A DNA stretch of 63,256 nucleotides, filler included, from Cercozoa sp. M6MM (lineage: Eukaryota; Protista; Endomyxa: Ascetosporea): assembly GCA_040357565.1 (NCBI GenBank). It is 10 parts of 10 records of this genome, joined end to end, with 100 filler letters (N's around TTAATTAATTAA, not from the genome) between each part and the next. Parts side by side here need not be neighbours in the genome. Positions count along the whole stretch, not along the records: positions 24,236 to 48,420 come from JBDODJ010000159.1; positions 48,521 to 51,108 come from JBDODJ010001736.1; positions 51,209 to 53,168 come from JBDODJ010001875.1; 7 more parts are not named here. One strand, 5' to 3'. Of the stretch, positions 39,139-51,946 are shown piece after piece. The position numbers and the translations under genes were made by a program. Below the pieces are notes generated by a model that saw only the letters and a program-made list of their open reading frames with translations, made no database searches and had not been told where the DNA came from. Numbering within the stretch: position 1 is the stretch's first letter; each line of letters begins with the position of its first letter.

Positions 39139-39778
39139 ATGTCACAAGAAACCGGTCGAGTTGTGGACATAGAGTCACTTGATCAATTCACCGTATCAGT
39201 TTTGCTTCAGAATACAGTTGTTCTGATTACCGCCGTCTGCCATGTAGACCCTTCTCGAAGAGGCGAGAGGAGTGCCAGTGCTGGTGAAAGTCGGCGCGAC
39301 ATGGTGTCGTAAGTCCAAGAAGCTTCGTTCCTGCGTTTTTACTGGTCTACAATTTGCGATGTGTGCGGACAGCTCCATGCAAGCGGATTGAGCCGCACTT
39401 CCGGGTTGTGGCGAGTGAGACACCGAACCTCCACTGCGTCTCCGTCGATGTCGACAAGGCACGGGCTGTTGCCGCCATGTGTCAGGCCAGAGGTATATCG
39501 GCCTTGCTTTTTGTGTCCGCTGCTTTAATCAGAAACACTGACTAACTGCAGTGCTACCAACATTCGTGGTGTTCTACAAGGGCGAACTCGTGCCCGATGT
39601 GCAACTTGTCGGCGCGTCTGCCTCAGCGCTGTCGCACCTGGCCGCTGCTGTCGCCAATCTAGATTTCGACGCTGCCAAGAAGCACTCGAATTCCGTGACT
39701 GGCATGTACATGCGTCCGCTGCTGGCGCTGCTTGTGGTTTTCGTGCTGACCTACTTTGCCTTCCGCTACATCTTTTGA
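39139..39778 (+). CDS. Thioredoxin (WCPPC) with C-terminal transmembrane anchor
   Basis: GATWCPPCKRIEP, SVDVDKA, LPTFVVFYKG; tail LLALLVVFVLTYFAFRYIF*. Confidence 0.88.
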
Positions 39779-39956
39779 TTTGAGACTACTTTTCGCAGCA
39801 CAATTAGTTACTAAAGCAGGGTTACTTGAAGTGAATTAAAACATTGGTGGGATTGTAACCTTGCATCGAGTCGACTGTTTCTTAGCCGCTGTGAACAGTT
39901 TTTTGTTTGGACTCTGTTGTTCCGTTCGTCGGCCTGAAAATACTACATTAAGCGGT

Positions 39957-41773
39957 TTAATCTCCGTCATTGCTGATGTTAGTGCGTGGTGACGACCCTT
40001 GGTCCTCGTCGATCTGCGAAGAATTTCTGCAGCTTCCTTCATCGAGATCAGCGTGGCTCTTTGGCTGGTTGTTGCGCATCTGCAGTTCGTGAATTCGCAC
40101 TTTGTATTTCGCGACTTCTTCGGCGTGTGAGGTGGCCACCTGCACCAGCTGTCGTTCGACCGCATCTGCCCGGCGTGTGGCTCGAGAAGACTCTTGTTTT
40201 GCCTGTGCCAGTTGAGTCTGCGCTTCGTTGATGCGTTTTCGCAACTCGAAAATGAGTGCCTGTGTCTCTGCACGTTCCGAAGAATCGTGGGTGTGCGATG
40301 AAGAAATAGAACGAGCCGTGATTGGACGAAGCTCATGCTTTGGCGGTTCAGTAGCCATCGCTGGGAGTACTTTCACTTTGCTCAAGTCGAAACGCGCGCG
40401 GAACTCGGCGTCCAAGCCATGCAGTGCCACGTAGCGCAGACGTCGGACAACGTCGTGCCTCGGCACGGCAGCACATCGCGCAATCACTCCCTCCAGCGCA
40501 TCGATCACTTTCGATTGCTTTTTGGCCTACCAACGAATGTGAAGAAACTGATGACACATCGCATTTGGTGAAACCTACTGCCAGTATTAGTGTGTCTGCT
40601 CGATTCGCCCGACGCTGTAATCTTCGCGTATGTCGCTGTTGCTCAATATGCGCCTGGACAGTTTTAATAAAAAAAGGAACACATACTAAACACGCTTCAG
40701 TACAACGTTGAAAGAAACGTACATCTCTCAACTGTTGCAACTGCGCTTTCGTCTGAGCGTGCGTTGCCGCCGCTCGTTGTGCCTCTCGCAGTTCCAGCCG
40801 TTGATTTCGCAGTCGCTGTCGCAGCTGCGTCGCTTTCGTCAGTTGTCGCAGGGCAAAGCCGCGCAAGAAAGGAACGTCCAGTGTCTCTTCGATCGTTTGG
40901 ACGTCTTCTCGTATCTCATCGCGTGTTCTTTGCTCACTCGTGTTCTCAAGCAGTGACTTTGCGATCGCATTGTCGTTGTTCGTCAGAAAGCGAACTCTTT
41001 CGAGCAGTTTTTTGTTTTCTACAAGTACGGTATAGGTAAACTTGTCAACACACTGAAGTTTAAAGGTTACTTTCATGCAGGTCTTGATTCGACTCTCGAA
41101 GTTCGACGATTTCCCGTGCGCAGCGATGAAGCTGTTCGAGTCTCTTGTCCAACTCGCGAGCCACTCTGCTTTCGTCGTGATCAGAGATGCCGCCTTTGTT
41201 CGCAGTGCATAGTTGAATGTCTGCATGCACGACAGTGGAACCTACTAGCTCTTCGAATGAGTGCTTCCAACTCGACTTTCGCGGTCTCTGAGACACACGT
41301 TTCTTCGTCTCGCTTAGGTCTCGTCGCAAATCTTCGTCGCTGTCGGCTTTCCCGTTTTCGCTGTCGAAATCCGACGAGTAGTCGTCGTCGAACTCGCTTT
41401 CGCTGCCGAGCTTGAGTGCATCATGTGCGAACGAAAGCACGCGCTCACGCTCGACTCCATTGCAGCGCATCAGCAGAGCAAAATGAAACTGCGGAGCTCT
41501 TGTTTCTCTCACCAGTAGACACAACTCAGCAGGTTCCTTGCGACTGAAGCTGAGGCATGCCATTGAGCGAGTGGGGTACACGACCGCCGCTGTCTTGCTT
41601 TCGCTTGCTCTCTGCACGAGCGTGAATCCTTCGCTACGAAATGTGTTTTGCTTGTTCTTGTCATTTGGGTGTGCTTGCTGAAGCCTTGGGGGTGCTGAAG
41701 CGACGGAAGAGCGTCCGTCGTCGAACACTTCGTGCGTCGCTTCGCACCAAACTGAAGCACGGACTAGCAGCAT
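39957..41773 (-). CDS. Coiled-coil orphan protein (start uncertain)
   Basis: Three long ORFs linked by short introns; E/Q/R-rich heptads. Confidence 0.55.
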
Positions 41774-41991
41774 TACCTGTCACTCTTACTGCATCTAGTC
41801 ATTGAACCGTGCTCACTGTCCCTAGTTTCGGCCCTTACGCTACTAATATGACGAAAGTCAACAGGCGTTTCTTCGACAATACACTAATACCATGGGCAGC
41901 GTTTCCCTTCATTGGTGCCAAAGAACGAAAACCCTTACATAGCAGCTGTATGCTTTGATGAAGTGAGGTTCTATCTAGGGGACATAGATAG

Positions 41992-43492
41992 ATGAGACCC
42001 AGAACAGCATCGCCTCGCAGGCGACGAGCATTTGCAGAGCCGTCGGCGCAGTTGGAGCAACGCCCGGGATGGCTGATGAAGGCCGGATCTTCTGCTTTGA
42101 TGGCGAGGACACGTCCCGCGACGAGTGGAGAAATCTCTTCTACGCCCAAACTTCCAAGCATTCATCGAGCACACTCAAACAACGAAAGGACCTTGATAAA
42201 GCTGCACAATGGTCTCAGGAAGCTGTCGTTAAGTCCTCGTCCCAATTCAAGCAGAGGAAGAGACAGCTTGTGCTTCTCTGCCCGTCCTTCGACAACAGAA
42301 ACGAAAGTCTCTTCCACCGAGTCTGGGCCGTTTGCTCGTGTACCACAGTGCACCGAGCGTTGCTTTGTTCGCTCGACTTCGTCGTCACGGCGCAGTCTTG
42401 ACCTGGTGTCGCAAAGCACGAGCGGCCGACTCCTGTTTGACGACAGAGACAATAGCTCCGACTTTGACAGCGACGAGAGCGAGTTTTCTTGCACAAACTC
42501 TGTCTTTTCTGCTTTGCCGCTTGATGTTGGAGACACCGAAGATCGCTACTCTCCTTCGCGACACTATCCGCGAGCCGAGTTCAACGTTGAACAAGCTCAC
42601 TTCAACCGTTTTCGCGAGCGAGAAGCTCGAAGGACATCGCCTGCGGACCACGAGTCCTTCGTTGGTACAAACGACAGCTTTTGACACCATTCGCATCTAA
42701 CTGAGTTGTGACATTGCAGCCGAGCTGTTGTTTCGCGTCACTGAAGTTGAGAGTAAGATACTACAGCGCCAGCAAAGTGCGAACACTGAGCGACGCGATC
42801 TGCTCAAAGAAATGCAAAAGCTGCGAGCGAGTGGAAAGTCTAGGCAACGTGCGATCGAGGATCTTCGGGTCGAAATCGAAGCGCATGAGCAACTCAGCGA
42901 AAACCGTCGTGCCACTGCAGCTTTACGAAAACAGCGCCAGCGCCGAAGGTTCAAACTGCGACGTGTACGTGCTTGGATCGAGGAGTTTAACAAGCTGCAG
43001 AAGCACGAAGAAGAGAACAAGCTCGGAAGCGAAAGTCAACTCAGGCAGCTTCCCACGTCTCTGAAGGTCTTCCTTCGCGAGCGACAGAGAATTTTCGATC
43101 GCGAAAGCATCGACAATGCCGCAACTTCAGACGAGCTTCTGCAACTGTCACAACCTACGCTGTCTGAGCACCCTATGTTGTGGCTCGCGTGGAGACAAGC
43201 CAGACATTGCGCCGAGCGTGAGTCGCTCCAGCGCTCGCTATCTCAGCTACTCGACAAGCAAAGCGAAAGCACGAAAACTCTGCCTCAGGCTTCGCGAAAG
43301 TTGTTCGCGCTGCAAACCCTCGTTGGCAACACCTACGACTTAGCTGTTCTCGCTCTCGACCGACAGAAGCGACGCAATGAGCGGCGACAGCGCCGACTAA
43401 GCGGCCTTCGCAACTCCAACGACGCACTAAGGAAACGCGTTGCGGCGACTCAGCTTGCTCTACAGCAAGCGTTGCTACTTACTTCTAAATAG
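41992..43492 (+). CDS. Ser-rich/coiled-coil orphan protein, one intron (~42665-42720)
   Basis: The 230-aa and 254-aa ORFs join through a GTACAA..TTGCAG intron. Confidence 0.65.
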
Positions 43493-43561
43493 TACGCCGG
43501 CGTACGGTGGGTACACGTACAGTCCGTACTATCGTATATATGCTTAAAGGGTCTTTTCGGA

Positions 43562-44764
43562 TCAAAAGTCGTCGTCGAGTCGGCGTCGCTGCGCGTGATG
43601 TCGCTGCTCGCCGCCATGCTGCTGCGACTGCTGCGGCGAGGCGTCAAAGCCAAAGTCTTCCATCTCGACCTCGTGCTGAACACGCGCTCATGCATAATGG
43701 GTATAACAACAATGGATAGGGTGTAGTAACAATAACATTAAAAACAAACGGAAGCAACAGTACCGGACTGCCCGAGTTGAGGTTCTCATAGTCGTAGTTA
43801 AAGTCGAGTCCGTCAGTCTGCTGACCGGCAGAGGAGGACTTGTGACCGCGCATACGAGCGGCCACCAAGGCGAGACGACGACGCGCCGACTGCGACATTG
43901 CGTTCCACTTCTTCGAGAAGCCTGAAGACAAGGGAGTCAGGGAGTAAAGGTGGGTTGGGGGAGGCGTAAAGCACACCGCCATCAGACGCAGTGCTTTGTC
44001 GAGTAACCTGAGGAGCAGGTTCGTCACTTTCGAATCGATCTGGTCTTCTGTGCTGTTGCTGCGGAGGTTGTTGCTCTTGCTGTTGCTGTTGCGGTGGTTG
44101 CCGTTGTCGCTGAGGTGCCTGCAAAGCACCCCGCAGAAGCTGCGGCCGACTCTGCAGCTGCCGCATGAACAACTGGTCCTGCAGCATGCGCGCCAGTTCA
44201 GCATCGGCCGCCAGTTGGTCCTCCTAGGATCCACAAGCAACATAATGCTGTACACAGATGCTTTCACACGCCAACGCACCATTTGACCCGGCAAACGCAA
44301 GAAACTTGAAGGCAAAGGGTCCCACAGGTTGCGTCTACACACGCTTATTGTTGCTTTCAGCTTTCACTCTATTTTGTTCAGTTGGAGCATATTGTTTGGA
44401 TACGGTTCGGACGTCTTGCATTCGTGCTCATCCTGCAACTGTTGTTGTTGCCGCTGTTGTTGTTGTCCCTGTTGTTGCTGCTGCTGCTGCTGATTTGGAG
44501 CACTCATTGCCAGCAAAGACTCCACGGTTGTCTCCATCTGATTGCCGTTGCTTTCGAGCACCATTTGGATCACACTAGGGTCCATCTGCAGCCCATGTAA
44601 CCCAACCTTTTCGCATAAAAGAAAGCCTTCCAGGGCTCTGGTACCTCAGAGAACATCGCCGACAGAGTGGCCAACGCCTCTGTCTGCAAGCAACGTGTCA
44701 TACCATAACAAATGTAGAAACAAGGACACTGGAGAACAGTTACTTTTGAAATGTAGTTCGGCAT
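43562..44764 (-). CDS. CUE-domain ubiquitin-binding protein, CUEDC1-like
   Basis: ALATLSAMFSEMDPSVIQMVLESNGNQMETTVESLLAM; PLPSSFLRL; DAELARMLQDQLFMRQL; KWNAMSQSARRRL. Confidence 0.8.
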
Positions 44765-45281
44765 TTTCTGCTGCTTTCCAGAATTCGTTGCTCTATGGCA
44801 CCAATTTCTCTCTAACAGGCGCTGCTGGTATTTCTACCCCCTGTTCTAGCACTCACACGCGTCAACACTCTTGTTCGGCGCCGATCAGCAATGCTGGCTG
44901 CTGAGCAAAAGTTGAGCCAAAGTAAAACGCAAGTAATACTTGTAACGTAAGATTTAATCTGATTTTATTGATGCTTATCCACTAGACAAGTCTACAGATA
45001 CACCGTCTGTCGATCGTAAAGCCCAAACCCAGCTTGCTGTTGTGTCGGAGCGGAATTCTAAAAAATAAATGAAACACTTTTGTTGATCCACAGCGAACTA
45101 AGTGCGCTTCCAAGCAGTGCAGTCAGCAACATAGTCAAACGGCAGTCTGTTACAGTAGCTACTGGCGTCAACAGTGGTATGTTTTGCACTTTTCCTAGCA
45201 ATCTGTGGTGGCTCTCTTTTTTGTTTGTAGCTGCAGTTTTTTGTTTTTTCAATGTGCGCAACTTGGCAGCAGAGCGACAGA

Positions 45282-47162
45282 ATGGCCGACGTGCGCACGA
45301 GAAAGCGTGAAGCACAGGAAGAAGCCGAGTTCGGCGAGGCATTTCGAGCGGTACGAGTGAGCTTTTCTCGTTTTCCTTTGTGAAGCTTTGGTCTGCAAGC
45401 TGCGCTTTGAAGGGCTTTGCTCAGCGTTGCTTAGTGAAAACTTTGCTTAGTGAAAACTTTGCTTGCTTGGTGAAAGCTTTGTTGGTGAAAGCTTTGCTCG
45501 GTGAAAGTGTTGGAGTGAATGAGCGAGAGTGGTGTGCCCCAGGCGGCGGCATTGGCGAGAGATGAGACGAAGAACGAAGAGGCGATCGCAGCGTTTCTTG
45601 CCATCGTGGATGACGAGTCGCAGGAGGTGCGCGCACGCGAGAGTGCCGTGTACCGCATCGTGCAGATCGTGGTGTTGCGAGAGCGCGACATGGCGCGTGT
45701 GTGCGCACTGATGGAGCGACTGGAGCGCTTCCTGGCAGGCATCGCCAAGGCTCGCACGGCCAAGATCGTGCGCAAGACTCTGGACGCGGCGCGCGAGCTG
45801 TGTCTGACGGCGGCGGACAACACGGTGGTAAGCGAGGGCGGCGAGGCAGCCCTGGCACAGTTGCGTGGCCTCGTGGAGCACTGGCTGGCATGGGCCAAGC
45901 GGCAGGAGCGGCGTTTCTTGCAGCGTTTCTTGGAGGCGCGTCTGGCACAGTTGCAGCTGGCGCAGGGCCAGTTCCGGCCGTGTCTGCGACTCTCGCAGCG
46001 ACTGGCACGAGAGGTCAAGAAGATGGACGACAAGCTCCTGCTGGTCGAGGTGCTGCTCACCGAGTCGCGCGCACACCAGCGCCTGCTGAACCTCCCGGTG
46101 GCCAAGGCCACTCTGACGGCGGCACGTGCCACGTCGCACTCGGTGCATTGTCCGCCCGAACTGCAGTGTCAGATCGACCTGCACGCCGGCATCCTGTGTG
46201 CCGAGCAGCGCGACTACAAGACCGCCTTCTCCTACTTCTTTGAGGCCTTCGAAGTACTCGACAACGAGGGACGCAAGGCCGATGCCCTGCTTGCCTTGAA
46301 ATACATGCTGCTCACCAAGATGCTTGCCGCTGACAAGGCTCTCGATGAGGTCGACGCACTTCTCGGCGGCAAACATGCGCTGCACTACCGCGGGTACTTC
46401 ATCCTCCCTCCACCTCACCCTTTACCTTTACCCTCTACCCTTTACCCCTGCTCTTTACCCTCTACCCCTACTCTTTACCCTCTACCCCTACCCCTACCGT
46501 TTACCCCTACCCCTACTTTTTACCCTCTACCCCTACCCTCTACACCTACCCCTACCCTCTACACCTACCCCTANNNNNNNNNNCCCCTACCCTCTACACC
46601 TACCCCTACCCTCTACACCTACCCCTACCCCTACCTTTTCCCCCCCCCCCCCCGTAGACCGGACCTGGAGGCGATGCGAGCCATTGCCGAAGCCTACAAA
46701 CAGCGAAACCTGCGACTGTTCAAAGAAGCACTGACGCAACATGGCGAGTATTTGCACGGCGTCGCTGTTCTCGATGTAAGTATTCTCCTACTTACTCGAT
46801 CCCTCCCTTTACCCCTCTGTTTTCGCCCCCCCCCCCCCCAGCGCCACCTGGGCCGCCTGCACGACACGCTGCTGGAGCAGAACTTGCAGCGCGTGCTGCT
46901 GCCCTACAAGCGCGTGCAGATCGCGCACGTGGCCGATGTGCTGCTGGACGGCATCATGCCGCGCGAGCGCGTGGAAGCCAAGCTGCGCGAGATGATCCTC
47001 GATGACAAACTCAGTGGCATCCTCGACCAGGGCGCCGGCGACCTCCTGCTCTTTGACGAGCACGACAAGGACGCGCTCTACGAGAACTCCATCACCGCCG
47101 TCGACAACCTCGGCAAGGTCGTCGAGAAGCTCTACGAGAAGGCCAAGCTCATCACCACCTAA
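45282..47162 (+). CDS. RPN6: 26S proteasome lid subunit RPN6/PSMD11
   Basis: KARTAKIVR, EVKKMDDKLLLVEV, DYKTAFSYFFEAFE, C-terminal PCI domain. The true start is exon 45282-45350, upstream of the listed ORF. Confidence 0.96.
45428..45507 (+). repeat. Degenerate GTGAAARCTTTG minisatellite in RPN6 intron 1
   Basis: About five units visible. Confidence 0.8.
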
Positions 47163-47492
47163 TCGCCCCACCTTGCTAGTTCCTACACTCCAAGCGGCGG
47201 GACGGGGACACACGCGAGACATTAATTTGCTTTTTTTATTCTAAAAACACGACAGACTTGAGCCTTCCCATCCAGTCTCTTTGTACCGCGCATCGCATTA
47301 AAATGACCCCGATGTGCTGTGAATGCACTGTTGCTTTTACAGTTTAGATTACGTTACAAAAAAACTAAAACGATATGCCGTCTCGCCCGAGCACGTGCCG
47401 CGTCCAGTCAGTCAGTGGAGTTACGGGTCGGTGGGGACTGCATTTCATTTGGAGGAAGTTGTGGGAGTTCAGCTAGAACTGGCTTCAGCCAA

Positions 47493-47847
47493 TTAGCGGT
47501 AATTCTTGCCGCACTTGCCGCAGGCGGCAGCGTTGCCCGAGCGCGTCGGAGTGCCTGCAGCAAACACAACACCATAGGGTTTTGGTGCCTCGCATCATGA
47601 TGGAATTGAAAAAGGGAAATTGAAAGGGAATCTAAAGGGGTTGCAATTGCGGCGGTACCGTCGGCAGAGTTGCGCTTGCAGGCCTTGCACATCGAGGTGC
47701 CGCACGACTTGCAGCTAATCTTGTCCGAGGTACCTGCGAGCACACAGGCGGCAACAATGGACCATGCATGACAACAAAACCGCATCACACACAGCACCCC
47801 CGCCCGCATCGGGTATCCGTACCACAGCCAGACGAGTGACGGCACAT
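47493..47847 (-). CDS. 53-aa Cys-rich metal-binding microprotein
   Basis: Exons 47847-47823, 47733-47659 and 47554-47493 total 162 nt and translate to MCRHSSGCGTSDKISCKSCGTSMCKACKRNSADGTPTRSGNAAACGKCGKNYR*. Confidence 0.7.
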
Positions 47848-48539
47848 GTTTCTTGAGAGGTTGGTAGGGTGGGGTCAAAAGACGAAAACAAAACGTTGTG
47901 TATGTTGCGTTTCGGTGCTGCGAGGAGCGAGCGTGAGCAGCGCACGTCGAAACGCGTGCGCTCGTGGGTGCTTCGAGGGCACTCCCGATACGATCGTCGC
48001 TGGACCGATCTTCGGTGCGGTTGTCGGCGAGGAGAGGCGCTATATCTCCAACACGGGCTTATGGGCCGTGCACGTTAACCCTCAGCAAACCCAACTCATC
48101 GCCGCCCGGCCGGGGCGGGGTCGGGGCAATGCAGATTTATCACGGTCCGGGTCATAGCCTGAGTTGATTAAAGCTTTAGAAATCACACAGTACACTAGTT
48201 GGTGGCTAAACAACCTGTTACACCAAACAGCACTAAAATGAAACAAGCACGTCGAGTGCAGTCGAATCCGACCGGATTTGTTGCGATCCTCCTCTGCTCC
48301 GGCCGGAGGAGTCTTTCGTCTTGCCGGAGCACAAGGACCAGCGCAGTGCATTATTCGAGCATTCCGTTGTCGGAAATCAGCACAACGCGGTCCGTTCTAA
48401 CCAGACAGAACGATCGGGTGNNNNNNNNNNNNNNNNNNNNNNNNNNNNNNNNNNNNNNNNNNNNTTAATTAATTAANNNNNNNNNNNNNNNNNNNNNNNN
48501 NNNNNNNNNNNNNNNNNNNNTGTGTGTGTGTGTGTGTAG

Positions 48540-51051
48540 CGCAAGGTGGCCGAACTGCAGTCGGAGAAGGCCAAGCTCGCGTCCGACCTGTCGTCTGCCC
48601 AGGAGGTATCCCAGAGAGCAAGCTGCCTTTCCCACCATAGGCAGCCACCCCCGTTTGACAGGCGCACGAGAAGGCACTGGCCGAGGCCAAGGCCGAGCTG
48701 GAGGCGGCGGTCAAGGCCAAGGCCGAACTAGAGGCCTCGGTGGTGGCGGCGCAAGGCGAGGGCTCCCAGCAGTCGCAGCAGCTGCAGCAGCTGCAGGCGC
48801 AGGTCACGCAGCTCAAGCAGTCGCTCCAGCAGAAACAGTCGCAGCTGCAGCTGCAGGTAGGCTTCCTTCGGACAGCGACAGGGCATGCAGGTGCATCCCC
48901 ACCTTGTGGCTTGTAGGATGAGGAGTCCTCGCAGCTGCGCAGCCAGTGCGACCAGCAGCAGCAACAGCTCGAGTCGCTCCAGCAGCAGATGGTACACACA
49001 CACATGCACATGCACATGCACGGACACAATCTGTGGGAACACAGGAGACCAAGGAGAGCGCTCTGACCCAGGCGAAGCAGCAGCTTGACTCGCTCACTCA
49101 GCAGAAGTCTGAGCAGGTGCACTACCCTCCTGTCTTTGCCTTCTGTGTACCTTCAACCCCCCCCCCCCCCAGGAGAGCAAGGTTGCCGCCCTCGAGAGTC
49201 GCCTGAGCAGTCTCGCTGGCGATCAGGAACGCGACGAGTCGGCGATGCAGCAGCAGCTGCAGGAGACGCAGGCGCAGTTGCAGCAGTCGCAGCAGACCGT
49301 GCAGGTAGCTCTTCCTGTGTTCCTTGTTCCCTGGCCTACCCCCCCCCCCCCCGTGCAGCAACTGCGCAACGAGTCGCAACAGTTGGCGCAGCAACTCGAG
49401 GAGGCACGCAACAGCGCGGTAGCCTCGTCCTCTACCCCTTGCCTCCCTCCCTCTGTTGCCTGACATGTACCGCACTCTGGCAGAGTCAGAAGAACGCGGA
49501 ATTCGAGCAGGCCAAGTCGCAGCACGACGCTGCTCTGGCCGAGCTCAGGTCGCAGCTCAGCGCGCAGGCCGGCGAGCAAGGCGAGCGGACGGCCGAGTTG
49601 CAGAAGAACCTCAGCGAGGCCCGGGTAGACAGACTCCCTGTCTTTACCCTCTGATGATATGACTGATTGAGCTTCACACATAAACAGGGCAAGGCGGCCA
49701 ACCTGCAGGTGCAGCTCGATCAGGCACTCGCCAAGATCGCCGTACTTCCGATCTCTTTGTTCTTGTCCTTGTCCTTCGAACTGGAGCCATCCGTCCATGT
49801 GTGCAGGAGGCCGAAAAGACGGCCGTTGAGGCCAAGACTGCTGCTGAGGTACCTCATTCCCTACCAAGTACAAACTTGCGTATCTGTACCCTTGCGCCCG
49901 GTTTCGTGTGTGCAGGACGCTCAGAAGGAACTCGAGGCTGCGCAAGATGCCCAAGGCGATGCCGCCGCGGATGCCGAGGTCGAGATGCAGGCTCTGCAGG
50001 CACAGGTACCCCTCCCCCACATGTGTGTGTGTGTGTGTGTGTGCCTGTACCTTGTGTGTGTGTGTGTGTGTGTGCAGTTGCAGCAGCAGAAGCGACAGAA
50101 CGGCGAGTTGCAGAAGCAGCTTGAGTCGCAAAACGAGGAGCTCGGCCAGCTGCGTCAAGAGGTGCCCCGGTGTATTCCATGTGACCCCCATACTCATACA
50201 CATACACACACGATGTGTGTGCGTGTGTGCAGGTGGAGAGCTACCGCAGCGACGCCGAGAAGCGCGAGCAGCGTGCTGCGCAACTCCAGGTGCGTTTGGT
50301 GTGGCTTTGAACTCGGACAACCCTGCTGTCCTGATCCGATCCTTATCATGACTGACGCACTGGGGTTTTTTTTCAGGAGGAGAGTGTGGCACAGAGCGAC
50401 GACATGGCCCGTCGCATGGCTGCCATGAAGCAGGTGAGCCTGTTTCCACCTGACCCTCTGCCCCCGCTGATCCCTCCATGTCGCAGGAACTGGCCGCGAG
50501 CCGCGACGAGATGCAGGACCTCGCCAAGCAACTCAAAAAGGAGAAGGACCGGCAGTCGGCCTCGCAGAAGCAGGTACGCTCGTGTTGCTCCCCCTCGAGT
50601 ACTGCCCTATCCTGCACAGGCCCTGTCGGAGGCGAGCGAGACTGCGCGCGCACTGCGCAATGCTGAGAGCGAGCTGCAGGAGCTGCGTGTCCTGGCCAAG
50701 GTAGAGTCCGCCTTCTTGTACCCCGCTCACTGAGATAAACCTGCACACTGTCATGTGACACAGCAACGTGCCATCGACCTCGCTCGCAGCGACACCGAGA
50801 ACGTAGTCTCTGTCTCTGTGTGTGTATATAATCACTCTATATACGTGTGTGTGTGCAGAAGGAGCTGTCGCGCAGTCTGCGTAGCACGCAGTCGCAGCTG
50901 AGCGAAGTGCAGGAGGTGCGGATGTTCTACTCTCTTTGTCTCCCTTGGTTTTACCCCCTCCCCCCGCGCAGGAGGTGCAGAAGCTGCAGCAGCAAGTCGA
51001 TGCGGCCGAGCTAGACGACTCGGAGATGGCCGTGCGTGCTGCTCGCCTGCG
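48540..51051 (+). CDS. Long Q/E-rich coiled-coil protein (internal fragment)
   Basis: 18 short exons splice in frame; heptad composition. Confidence 0.8.
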
Positions 51052-51057
51052 GTAACG

Positions 51058-51108
<51 letters not shown>

Positions 51109-51240
51109 NNNNNNNNNNNNNNNNNNNNNNNNNNNNNNNNNNNNNNNNNNNNTTAATTAATTAANNNNNNNNNNNNNNNNNNNNNNNNNNNNNNNNNNNN
51201 NNNNNNNNCCTCGTCCCTTCACCCGTCCCAATGTGCACAG

Positions 51241-51674
51241 GAGAGCAGCTTCGCGCAGCTGGCCGAGAACATTGAGACGCTGTGCCACTTTGTGCAACAG
51301 GTCAAGGCCGGCAAGATCAAGGCCGACCCGAGTGTACCTACCTGTTCTATGTATATATATATATATTTAGCTGTATAGATTTATATTTCTATATATATAT
51401 ATAATATGTATAGGTTTATATATACGTTGTATACGTACACATAGGTCGGTCGTGCCATCGCTGATGCACTGGCTTCCTTCCCGGTAGGCCTTGTCTCTGC
51501 CCCCGCTGTCTCTACCCCCATTACCCCCGTGTGTGTGTGCAGCGTCTGGACGGCGCGGCCTTCCGTGCCGCCGTCGAAGAGCATGCGCAGGACCTGCTGA
51601 CGATCCGCTACCTGGCGCAGCTCACCAAGATGCAGGTCGTCGTGGCCGACAAGTCGCAGGCCGCCATGCCCTAG
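51241..51674 (+). CDS. EIF3F: eIF3 subunit F (MPN family) C-terminus
   Basis: VQQVKAGKIKADPSVGRAIADALASFP..QDLLTIRYLAQLTKMQVVVADK. Confidence 0.75.
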
Positions 51675-51872
51675 CTATCTATCATGCCCTAATTACCATC
51701 GACTTGATTGGCACAGTACTTGAGCTAGCTCAACCTAGCTGAAAACAGCTGGTGCTTTTGTGGTCTGATGTTAGATAGAAAGGCATTAGAAAAATACACG
51801 AAAGCAGAGAAACGGCGACGTGGCTCGATAATCGAATCAATAAACTCACGGCAATGGCAGAAACAATGTGTC

Positions 51873-51907
<35 letters not shown>

Positions 51908-51946
51908 TTGACCTCCAGAGAGTGGCAGGAGAGAGAGCTATGCTGC

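Noticed and set aside
45421-46418. Long antisense ORFs over RPN6 (also 49223-50761)
   Set aside because: Shadow ORFs from GC-rich codon usage; they run through introns and show no domain signal.
46394-46841. Pro/Tyr/Leu/Thr-rich insertions in the RPN6 ORF
   Set aside because: These are stop-free TACCCC introns with GT-AG ends; one spans an N gap.
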